From: Flavobacteriaceae bacterium
Lineage (GTDB): Bacteria; Bacteroidota; Bacteroidia; Flavobacteriales; Flavobacteriaceae
Assembly (NCBI GenBank): GCA_017852075.1
Contig: JAFMLQ010000006.1
Span: 297-64,296, forward strand
Direction of reading: 5' to 3'
DNA: 64,000 nucleotides
Below, one piece after another: positions 56,068-64,000 of this stretch. Under the pieces are notes generated by a model, which saw only the letters and a list, made by a program, of their open reading frames with translations, did no database searches and was not told where the DNA came from. Numbering within the stretch: position 1 is the first letter of the stretch; every line of letters starts with the position of its first letter. Both the position numbers and the translations under genes were made by a program.

Positions 56068-57919
56068 ATTTCTCTTATTGAGTTTTACACTTGGAAGTGC
56101 CCTACTTTTTATCTTCCAGCTTTCAGTATTACAGCTATTTAACTCGGAGTACAGAGAACGTTCATTAAATAATGCCGTACAAGCACGCCCCGTATACCCC
56201 ACCCGTGGTTTGATTTACGATCGGAATGGCTCCCTCTGGGTGGCAAATAAACCCGTTTTTGATTTGATGGTGGTCCCTGAAAACTTAAATAGTTTTGATA
56301 CGCTAGAATTAACAAAGAGTTTAAAAATATCTAAAAAAGAACTTCTTTTTCAACTACAAAACGCAAAACGGTTTTCAAAAAAACTTCCCTCTGTAGTTCT
56401 GCGGGAGCTGTCCATGTCGGAAGTTGCCGTATTTCAAGAAAAAATGTGGAAATACCCAGGTTTTTATTTCCAAAAGAAATCTACTCGAGATTATGTACTA
56501 CCCATCGGAGCCAATGTATTGGGATATATAAGTGAGACCAACCAATCGGAAATAAAATCCAAAACAGATTATGACCTTGGAGAAATGATTGGTCGTCAAG
56601 GAATCGAAAAAACTTATGAAAAAATATTGCGTGGCACAAAAGGAGTACAACTCTTTCAAAAAGATCGCTTTAATCGAATCATAGGACCTTATGAAGGAGG
56701 TGCATCTGACAAAGCCCCTGAGGCCGCTGAAGACATAACCCTAACTATAGATGCTGTATTGCAGGCCTATGGAGAGTCACTTATGAATAATAAAAGAGGT
56801 GGTATCGTTGCATTAGAACCCCAAAGCGGAGAAGTACTTGCCTTGATCACTGCGCCTAATTACAATCCTAATTTATTGGTTGGAAGGGATCGTTCTAAAT
56901 TTTTCAAAAAACTAGTCAAAGACACACTTGCCAAACCGCTTTTTGATCGAAGTTTACAAGCAGAATACTCCCCAGGATCTCCCTTCAAAACACTCAACGC
57001 ACTAATAGGGCTTCAAGAAAAAGTGATTTCGCCAGAAACTGTTTTTAATTGTAATGCAGGACATTTCTATGCCAGAGGGTCGTTTATGGGTTGTCATTGT
57101 AGAGTTGGGTCTCAAAGTAACTTGATAAAAGGAATTTACAACTCTTGTAACACGTATTTCGCAAAAACATTTACGAGAATTATTGAAAGCCAACCTACTT
57201 CAGAGGAAGGTGTTCGTCTGTGGCATTCTTATCTAGAAAAATTTGGTTTAGGTGATTATTTAGGTTACGACTTGCCTATAGGTAAGCCGGGTTTTATTCC
57301 CGATAGTGGGTTTTATAACCGGTGGTATCCAAAAGGAAAATGGGGAGCTACTACAATAATTTCCAATGCAATAGGTCAGGGCGAAATTTTGACAACTCCC
57401 ATTCAAATGGCAAACTTTACAGCCACAATTGCCAATCGAGGATATTTTAGAAAACCCCATTTTAAAAAGACCAAATCGCAAAAAGAAAGCGATTCCCTAT
57501 ACCCTAAGAACCCAACTTCAATTGATACCGAACATTTTGAAACGGTTATCAGAGGAATGTATCAGGTGGTTGAACAAGGCACAGCCCGAATTGCCAAAAT
57601 AAAAGGAATAGACGTTTGTGGAAAAACAGGAACCGTTGAGAATTTTATTCTTCTTAACGGCGATAAAACACAACTCACTGATCACTCTATTTTTGTGGCT
57701 TTTGCCCCCAAAGATGATCCTAAAATCGCTCTTGCTGTTTTTATAGAAAACGGCTATTGGGGTGGAAGGTGGGCTGCTCCAATTGCGAGTTTGATGATTG
57801 AAAAATACTTGACTGGAGAGGTAAAAAGGAGTTGGTTAGAAAATAGAATGCTAGAAGGAAGCCTCCAGGCAGAATACGAAAAACCTCTTTTAGGTAAAGC
57901 CTTTACGATCAATGAATAA
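56057..57919 (+). CDS. mrdA: Penicillin-binding protein 2 (elongasome transpeptidase)
   Basis: N-terminal anchor, SPGSPFK (SxxK), SNAIGQG (SxN) and GKTGT (KTG). Confidence 0.9.
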   Translation: MIRKFLLLSFTLGSALLFIFQLSVLQLFNSEYRERSLNNAVQARPVYPTRGLIYDRNGSLWVANKPVFDLMVVPENLNSFDTLELTKSLKISKKELLFQLQNAKRFSKKLPSVVLRELSMSEVAVFQEKMWKYPGFYFQKKSTRDYVLPIGANVLGYISETNQSEIKSKTDYDLGEMIGRQGIEKTYEKILRGTKGVQLFQKDRFNRIIGPYEGGASDKAPEAAEDITLTIDAVLQAYGESLMNNKRGGIVALEPQSGEVLALITAPNYNPNLLVGRDRSKFFKKLVKDTLAKPLFDRSLQAEYSPGSPFKTLNALIGLQEKVISPETVFNCNAGHFYARGSFMGCHCRVGSQSNLIKGIYNSCNTYFAKTFTRIIESQPTSEEGVRLWHSYLEKFGLGDYLGYDLPIGKPGFIPDSGFYNRWYPKGKWGATTIISNAIGQGEILTTPIQMANFTATIANRGYFRKPHFKKTKSQKESDSLYPKNPTSIDTEHFETVIRGMYQVVEQGTARIAKIKGIDVCGKTGTVENFILLNGDKTQLTDHSIFVAFAPKDDPKIALAVFIENGYWGGRWAAPIASLMIEKYLTGEVKRSWLENRMLEGSLQAEYEKPLLGKAFTINE

Positions 57920-59165
57920 AAGCTTTCTTTTTCGCATTGATTGGTTGAGTTTTTTCATCTATTTGATTCTGGTCTCTTTTGGAATCACAAATATATATTC
58001 TACAGGTTTTACAGATGACACCCAGTCCCTAATGGAATGGGGATCCCCAGCAGGGAAGCAGTTTTGGATTTTTTTATTCTCACTTCTACTTCTTCCTTTT
58101 GTTTTATTTATCAATTCCAACTTCTTTGAACATTTATCTTATGTGTTTTACAGCCTCTCGATCTTAAGTCTAATAGGATTGTTTTTTTTTGGTCAGAAAA
58201 TCTCTGGAGCAACCTCTTGGTATTTGATTGGAGGGTTTAGTTTGCAACCTTCTGAGTTTGCAAAAATCACAACGGCTTTGTTGATATCAACAAAATTAAG
58301 CTCCATTCAAATGGACTTTAAAAAAGGAAGGGATCTCATAAAATTATTTGTAATGATTGGAGCCCCAACAGCACTTGTAATCCTTCAACCCGATGCAGGT
58401 TCTGCGCTCGTGTTTCTATCATTATTTTTCGTTTTATTTCGAGAAGGTTTGGACATGAGAGTATTTTATTTGGCAATAGGACTCGTCATCGTTTTTATAT
58501 TAACCCTACTTTTTGAACCCCTAACTTTGAGTCTTGCTTTAGTGGTTCTTTTTTTAATGGCTTTTCAATGGGTCAAAAAAAATAATTCAAGAACCAAAAG
58601 GACTCCTTTTCTTCTTGTTTTTTTGGGTTTGGTCTTTTTTTCGTTTTCTGTAAATTTTATTTTTAATAACGTTTTTGAACAACGACACCGTGACCGGTTT
58701 AACATTATACTGGGTCTTGAAGTCGATTCACAAGGAATTGGATATAACATCAATCAATCTAAAATTGCAATAGGTTCTGGTGGATTTTCAGGAAAAGGCT
58801 TTTTGAATGGTACCCAAACCAAAGGAGATTTTGTACCCGAACAACACACAGACTACATTTTTAGTACCATAGGCGAAGAATGGGGGTTTTTGGGTAGTAG
58901 TGGACTCATTATCTTATTTACGATTCTACTTCTTCGTATCCTTTATAGGGCAGAAAAACATACAAATCCTTTTCCGAGGATTTTCTCTTACTGCTTTGCC
59001 AGCATGCTCTTTATTCATTTTTTTATCAATATTGGTATGACCTTAGGTCTGGTTCCTACTGTTGGGATCCCGCTTCCCTACATCAGCTACGGGGGCACAA
59101 ATCTCCTGGCATTTAGCCTGATGCTATTTATTTATTTGAACCTCGACGCAAACCGACTGAGCTAA
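57912..59165 (+). CDS. rodA: Rod-shape-determining SEDS glycosyltransferase RodA
   Basis: FtsW/RodA/SpoVE polytopic pattern (QPSEFAK, PEQHTDYIFS, LPYISYGG). Confidence 0.9.
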   Translation: MNKSFLFRIDWLSFFIYLILVSFGITNIYSTGFTDDTQSLMEWGSPAGKQFWIFLFSLLLLPFVLFINSNFFEHLSYVFYSLSILSLIGLFFFGQKISGATSWYLIGGFSLQPSEFAKITTALLISTKLSSIQMDFKKGRDLIKLFVMIGAPTALVILQPDAGSALVFLSLFFVLFREGLDMRVFYLAIGLVIVFILTLLFEPLTLSLALVVLFLMAFQWVKKNNSRTKRTPFLLVFLGLVFFSFSVNFIFNNVFEQRHRDRFNIILGLEVDSQGIGYNINQSKIAIGSGGFSGKGFLNGTQTKGDFVPEQHTDYIFSTIGEEWGFLGSSGLIILFTILLLRILYRAEKHTNPFPRIFSYCFASMLFIHFFINIGMTLGLVPTVGIPLPYISYGGTNLLAFSLMLFIYLNLDANRLS

Positions 59166-59166
59166 A

Positions 59167-60243
59167 TTAACGTCTTACATCCAACGCATCTCTGAGGCTA
59201 TTTCCCAACGTCATGAAGGCCAAAACCAAGCTCATAATGGCAAGTCCGGGTAAGATTGCTAAATAAGGTTTTCCAAGTAATAAATATCTAAAATGATCTT
59301 TGACCATTCCTCCCCAACTAGGCATTGGGGGTTGTGCTCCAATCCCTAAAAAACTCAATCCGCTTTCCATTAAAATAGCACTAGCAAAGTTGGCGGCAGA
59401 AATCACAATTAGAGGCGCTAGGGTCATGGGAAGAATATGATATACTAAAAGTCGGGCTTTGGAAAACCCAAGTACAGTACCCGCTTGGACATATACCTCT
59501 TCTTTTGTAGATTTCACTAACCCTCGAACTAGACGTGCAACCTCAACCCACATAGTCAAACCCACAGCAACAAAAACTTGCCAAAATCCACGTCCTAAGG
59601 CTAGTGTAATAGCAATCACCATCAAAAGGGTGGGTATAGACCACATCACATTGATAAACCACATGATCAATTTATCCATCAATCCTCCATAAAAGCCTGC
59701 TATGGCTCCTAAGAAAACCCCTACTAATAAGGAAATAAATACTGCTACAAAACCTATAGATATTGAAATCCTCGATCCGATAATCAATCGGCTTAACAAG
59801 TCTCTTCCGTATTTATCAGTACCTAAAAGAAACTGTTTTTTCTGAATATACAGCTGTTCTACATCCTCCCTTTGGGTGCCATTAGGAAACTGGGTAAAGG
59901 GTATTGTTTCAAAATAATCGGTAGCATTTCCAAAACGTTTGAAAGAAATTTCTCCTTCAGACCATCGAATTTCTTCAACAGGAATTTCTTCATTGGCATT
60001 GTTTGTTCCGGAAAAAAAATTCATGTCTTCCAAAATTACATCTCTGGGAATTGTCAAAATTTGACAGGTAAAACCAGGTGGCTTGGAATGAATAGATAGT
60101 CGCATTTGATTTGCAAACCTAGTGGAGTCAGGAGCCAATTGATAGGCAAAAACTGCAATGCAGCAAATTGCAACAATATAAATAGCACTTACTATAGCCC
60201 ACACGTCTTTATTCAGTCGATTTAAAGCGCGTTTAAACTCCAA
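59167..60243 (-). CDS. ABC-transporter permease of the oligopeptide/dipeptide (OppC/DppC) type, with no partner genes nearby
   Basis: Contains an EAA-like loop region (STKEEVYVQAGTVLGFS), 6 TM, and a long first periplasmic loop. No ATPase, second permease or binding protein lies within the window. Confidence 0.7.
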   Translation of the reverse strand: MEFKRALNRLNKDVWAIVSAIYIVAICCIAVFAYQLAPDSTRFANQMRLSIHSKPPGFTCQILTIPRDVILEDMNFFSGTNNANEEIPVEEIRWSEGEISFKRFGNATDYFETIPFTQFPNGTQREDVEQLYIQKKQFLLGTDKYGRDLLSRLIIGSRISISIGFVAVFISLLVGVFLGAIAGFYGGLMDKLIMWFINVMWSIPTLLMVIAITLALGRGFWQVFVAVGLTMWVEVARLVRGLVKSTKEEVYVQAGTVLGFSKARLLVYHILPMTLAPLIVISAANFASAILMESGLSFLGIGAQPPMPSWGGMVKDHFRYLLLGKPYLAILPGLAIMSLVLAFMTLGNSLRDALDVRR

Positions 60244-60249
60244 TTGGAC

Positions 60250-62406
60250 TTATTCTTTTTTGTTTTGAGCGATGGAGCGTTCTACTTTTATTGAAGTTGA
60301 AAGATCTTTGAGTATTTCTACTGCTTCAGAAATATAAATGTCTTTCTTTAACGATTCTATTCCGCGTTTCCTTTTTTCAATGGAGTCCTCATTGGGGAGT
60401 TCCGTTGCTCCTGCTTCGGGAAGCCATTCAAATTCATAAGGAGCCTCGTATTCAGAAAGTTTTTTAAATCGTTTTGAATATTCTTTTTTAGTGTCACGTT
60501 CTGCCTTAAAGGATTCGTAATCCAAGAAATAACTAAAATCGTTTTGTTGTTTTTCTACCCAAAGTGCTTGTTCGTCAATCAAATTGATCATTGGATTGTT
60601 CTCCAAACGCTTTTTACTTTGTTCTAGAGAATATTTATAATTGGTCATTGAGGAATAGGGTTTATAAGATGCAGGTGTAATTCGATCCCAAGCTAGAGGG
60701 TTGTCTTGATCTTTTTCACCCATTTCCACATAGGCATACCGATCTGGAAACACAATATCACTTTTAACCCCTTCCAACTGTGTGGACTGACCATTGACAC
60801 GATAAAATTTGTCTGTAGTGATTTTGAGTGCGCCTAAATCGCCATAGGTTCCTCCATTGATCATACGATTTAGATCAACAACATTTTGAACGGTACCTTT
60901 TCCAAAGGTTTGTTTGCTTCCCAGGATTATTGCTCGTTTGTAGTCTTGAAGTGCCGCGGCAATAATTTCTGAAGCTGAGGCGGAGAACTCATTGACTAAA
61001 ACTACGAGTGGACCGTCCCATACTACTGAAGGATCTTCATCATTTAAAACTTCTTTTTTACCACCTGTACTTTTTACTTGCACTACGGGTCCTTTTTCTA
61101 TAAAATAGCCCGTCATATCCACTACTGTTTTTAAAGAACCTCCTCCATTATTTCTCAAGTCCAAGATGATTCCTTTTACATTTTTCTTTTTTAGTTGCTC
61201 CAATTCTTTTTTGACATCCGTAGCTGCATTGCGCGCATTGTAATCCTCAAAATTGATGTAAAATTTGGGTAGTTCTATCAGTCCGTACTGTCCCGACTCA
61301 TCTTTGATCAAGGTAGATTTTGCATAGGTCTCCTCAAGCTCTACCACATCTCTTTTGATTCCGACTTCCTCAATATTCCCTTCTACCCGCTTGATGGTAA
61401 GGAATACTTCAGTTCCTTTTGGACCTTTAATTAACTTTACAGCATCATCAATAACCATTCCCGCTATATCAATCGCTTCTTCTTCGTCCGCTTGTCGTAC
61501 TTTTAAGATTACATCACCCACTTCTAGCAGGTTGTCTCTCCATACGGGTCCTCCAGAGATGATCTCAACTACATTGATTTGTTGATTTCTCTTATTGAGG
61601 CGCGCTCCGATTCCTTCAAATTTTCCAGACATAGACATATCGAAACGATCTTTGTCACTAGGCGCAAAATAAAATGTATGAGGGTCAAATTGGAGAACGA
61701 TAGAGTTTACATAAATGGAAAACCAATCTTTACGTTTTTGATCATTGTAGATTTCAAAAAAATTAGCCATATTTTCTGAAACGTCAATTCTAGCATTGTT
61801 TTCTAGAACTTCGTCAGAAATCATTTCATATGATTGGTCTTGTTCTTTTTTTTGCAATTCCTCCTCTTTTTTCGCTGTAAAAGTTTGTAAGGCACTTAAT
61901 TTGAATCGCTTTCTCCAGATTGATTTTAATTCCGAAATATTTTTGGCATACGGAAGGTTATCATAGTCTAAGTTTATTTCATCTTTTTTGGAAAAATCAA
62001 ATGGTTTTTCGAGCAATTCATTATAAAACCCTTCAACTTGCTTCATACGTTCCATAAGCTTGGTGAAGGTGAGATCAAAAAAGCGGATTTGAGCCTCCTT
62101 TAACTCATCATCAATTTGATAACGATACGGTTCAAAACTTCGAATGTCTGAGTTTAGAAAAAATCGATGTTGGCCATCAAGACTTTCTAAATAATTCATA
62201 TAAACATTTTCAGAAAAAGTGTCGTTAATTTCTTTGGGATCGTAATGTCCCCGGTCTAGGACGTAAGAAATAATTTCTAGAAGCAGCTTGTCTTTATTGG
62301 GATCTTCATCTTTTAATGAAAATCCAAAAACAAATCCACTGATTAAAATAAATGATAAAATCCAAATGTATTTTCTCATCGGGGGTTTTTTTGTTTTCAT
62401 ATTCAT
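60250..62406 (-). CDS. S41-family carboxy-terminal processing peptidase (Tsp-like)
   Basis: A PDZ segment, the catalytic region (NEFSASASEI, TFGKGTVQ) and a long C-terminal extension; 718 aa. Confidence 0.85.
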   Translation of the reverse strand: MNMKTKKPPMRKYIWILSFILISGFVFGFSLKDEDPNKDKLLLEIISYVLDRGHYDPKEINDTFSENVYMNYLESLDGQHRFFLNSDIRSFEPYRYQIDDELKEAQIRFFDLTFTKLMERMKQVEGFYNELLEKPFDFSKKDEINLDYDNLPYAKNISELKSIWRKRFKLSALQTFTAKKEEELQKKEQDQSYEMISDEVLENNARIDVSENMANFFEIYNDQKRKDWFSIYVNSIVLQFDPHTFYFAPSDKDRFDMSMSGKFEGIGARLNKRNQQINVVEIISGGPVWRDNLLEVGDVILKVRQADEEEAIDIAGMVIDDAVKLIKGPKGTEVFLTIKRVEGNIEEVGIKRDVVELEETYAKSTLIKDESGQYGLIELPKFYINFEDYNARNAATDVKKELEQLKKKNVKGIILDLRNNGGGSLKTVVDMTGYFIEKGPVVQVKSTGGKKEVLNDEDPSVVWDGPLVVLVNEFSASASEIIAAALQDYKRAIILGSKQTFGKGTVQNVVDLNRMINGGTYGDLGALKITTDKFYRVNGQSTQLEGVKSDIVFPDRYAYVEMGEKDQDNPLAWDRITPASYKPYSSMTNYKYSLEQSKKRLENNPMINLIDEQALWVEKQQNDFSYFLDYESFKAERDTKKEYSKRFKKLSEYEAPYEFEWLPEAGATELPNEDSIEKRKRGIESLKKDIYISEAVEILKDLSTSIKVERSIAQNKKE

Positions 62407-62511
62407 AGCCTATCCTGGCTAAAGATAAACATATTCTAAAATACTTTATGTTAATAATGTTTTAAAAGAAAGCGGGTAAAGATTTCTTACATTAGCCCTG
62501 AAACAAGCATT

Positions 62512-63282
62512 ATGAAATCAAAACCGCTTATCCTAGTAACCAATGACGATGGTATCACGGCTCCTGGTCTACGAACTTTGATTGAAATCATGAATGAGAT
62601 TGGGGAAGTTTTTGTTGTGGCACCAGACTCACCTCAATCTGCAATGGGACATGCCATTACGATCAATTCTACGTTACACTGTCAAAAAATTAAAGTAGCC
62701 GAAGGGCCACAGGTGGAGTATAGCTGCTCCGGAACACCTGCCGATTGTGTAAAACTAGCTGTCAATGAGCTTTTAGATCGCAAGCCCGATCTTTGTGTTT
62801 CTGGAATCAACCACGGTTCAAATTCTTCTATCAATGTGATCTATTCAGGAACCATGAGTGCGGCTATGGAAGCGGGGATTGAAGGAATTCCTGCCATTGG
62901 TTTTTCCCTTTTAGATTTTCAGTGGAACGCTGATTTTGAGCCACTCAGAAATTTTGTTCGACAAATTACCCTTGAAGCTTTAAGAAATGGAATTCCGAAA
63001 GATGTAGTGCTCAATATCAATTTCCCCAAATTAAAAGAAGAAGAAATAAAAGGAATTAAAATCTGTAGACAAGCACGCGCCAACTGGGTAGAAAAATTTG
63101 ATAAAAGAACCAATCCTATGGGGCGCGAATACTATTGGCTGACAGGAACTTTTGTCAACGAAGACAAAGGAGAAGATACCGATGAGTGGGCCTTGAGTCA
63201 GGGGTACATCTCGATCGTCCCTACTCAATTTGATCTGACTGCACATCACAGCATCCAACAACTCAACACGTGGAATTTTTAA
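62512..63282 (+). CDS. surE: 5'/3'-nucleotidase SurE
   Basis: ILVTNDDGITAPG N-terminus and the GINHGSN motif. Confidence 0.92.
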   Translation: MKSKPLILVTNDDGITAPGLRTLIEIMNEIGEVFVVAPDSPQSAMGHAITINSTLHCQKIKVAEGPQVEYSCSGTPADCVKLAVNELLDRKPDLCVSGINHGSNSSINVIYSGTMSAAMEAGIEGIPAIGFSLLDFQWNADFEPLRNFVRQITLEALRNGIPKDVVLNINFPKLKEEEIKGIKICRQARANWVEKFDKRTNPMGREYYWLTGTFVNEDKGEDTDEWALSQGYISIVPTQFDLTAHHSIQQLNTWNF

Positions 63283-63563
63283 GAGATAAATATTTTTTTT
63301 GGGGGGTACTGGCTGGACTTTTATGGGCTAGTTTTGGTGTTATTATGCTCATTTTTACACTCTCTGATACTTCAATAGAAGCAAGTTTTTATTCGCTTTA
63401 CCAACAACAAAAATTAGGGGGCTTGATTTCTTTGGGAGCCATGATCAATCTTCCTATTTTCTTTATTGCGATACGCAAAAATAAATTTGCTTTCGCTGCA
63501 GGTCTGGTTGCAATATCTTTGGTTTTAGTCCTTTTGATTGCAATTTTAAAGCTCAATTTCTAA
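63270..63563 (+). CDS. Small membrane protein (3 predicted TM), unknown function
   Basis: 97 aa and hydrophobic. It overlaps the surE stop by 13 nt and precedes lpxB. Confidence 0.5.
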   Translation: MEFLRDKYFFWGVLAGLLWASFGVIMLIFTLSDTSIEASFYSLYQQQKLGGLISLGAMINLPIFFIAIRKNKFAFAAGLVAISLVLVLLIAILKLNF

Positions 63564-63575
63564 ATTTTTTAATCT

Positions 63576-64000
63576 GTGAAGTATTATCTCATTTCTGGCG
63601 AAGCCTCTGGTGATCTTCACGGTGCCAACCTCATTCGTGCTTTAAAAACACGTGATCCTAAAGCGGTATTTAGAGCCTGGGGAGGGAATTTGATCAAACA
63701 AGAAGGAGCTACCCTTGTAAAACATTATAATGAATTGGCATTTATGGGCTTTTGGGAAGTCATTTCAAACCTTTCAACTATTGTGCAAAATATTGCCTTT
63801 TGCAAAAAAGACATTCTTCAATTTGACCCCGATGTTATCATTTTTGTGGATTATCCAGGATTCAATCTGAGAATTGCAAAATGGACCCATAAAAAAGGAT
63901 TTAAAAACCATTACTATATCAGTCCTCAAGTTTGGGCATGGAAGGAAAATCGGGTGATTCAAATGAAACGTTATTTAGATGCGTTGTACGTAATCCTTCC
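63576..64000 (+). CDS. lpxB: Lipid-A-disaccharide synthase, 5' partial (continues past the right edge)
   Basis: Not in the ORF track because no stop falls in the window. Hand translation from GTG 63576 gives (M)KYYLISGEASGDLHGANLIRALK ... VDYPGFNLRIAKW ... YYISPQVWAWKENR, the canonical LpxB N-terminal motifs. Confidence 0.85.
   Translation, partial: MKYYLISGEASGDLHGANLIRALKTRDPKAVFRAWGGNLIKQEGATLVKHYNELAFMGFWEVISNLSTIVQNIAFCKKDILQFDPDVIIFVDYPGFNLRIAKWTHKKGFKNHYYISPQVWAWKENRVIQMKRYLDALYVIL

Overview
The window reads as core chromosome from a low-GC member of the Bacteroidota, class Flavobacteriia. Supporting evidence is a gldK-gldL-gldM-gldN gliding/T9SS block, TAnnTTTG-type promoter boxes, mreBCD-mrdA-rodA, groES/groEL, topA, purH, surE and lpxB. 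Coding density is very high, with many 1-11 nt gene overlaps and several convergent pairs that abut stop-to-stop. I saw no rRNA, tRNA, CRISPR array, transposase, integrase or phage gene. Three functional islands stand out. (1) 267-8021 is an eight-gene minus-strand operon that reads as a complete non-phosphorylative L-fucose pathway. (2) 35822-40682 is a sulfur-species operon: a Crp/Fnr regulator with a cysteine cluster, SulP, a persulfide-dioxygenase-rhodanese fusion and two YeeE/YedE genes, with a 5-4-5 palindrome at activator distance from the predicted promoter. (3) 47728-51532 is a four-gene operon of an HMA-MauE fusion, an HYC_CC_PP protein, a TonB-dependent receptor and a periplasmic HMA protein. 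Every product carries a vicinal or CxxC cysteine pair. I rate this the best candidate for an uncharacterised system, a thiol-based metal relay across the envelope. Smaller observations are listed as findings: a GC-rich possible structured RNA at the left edge, two small ORFs absent from the track, an arginase-fold protein with degenerate metal ligands between topA and gldK, a sensor-less sigma-54 activator, and a partial lpxB at the right edge that is also absent from the track. All functional calls come from reading the translations and motifs by eye; no database search was run.
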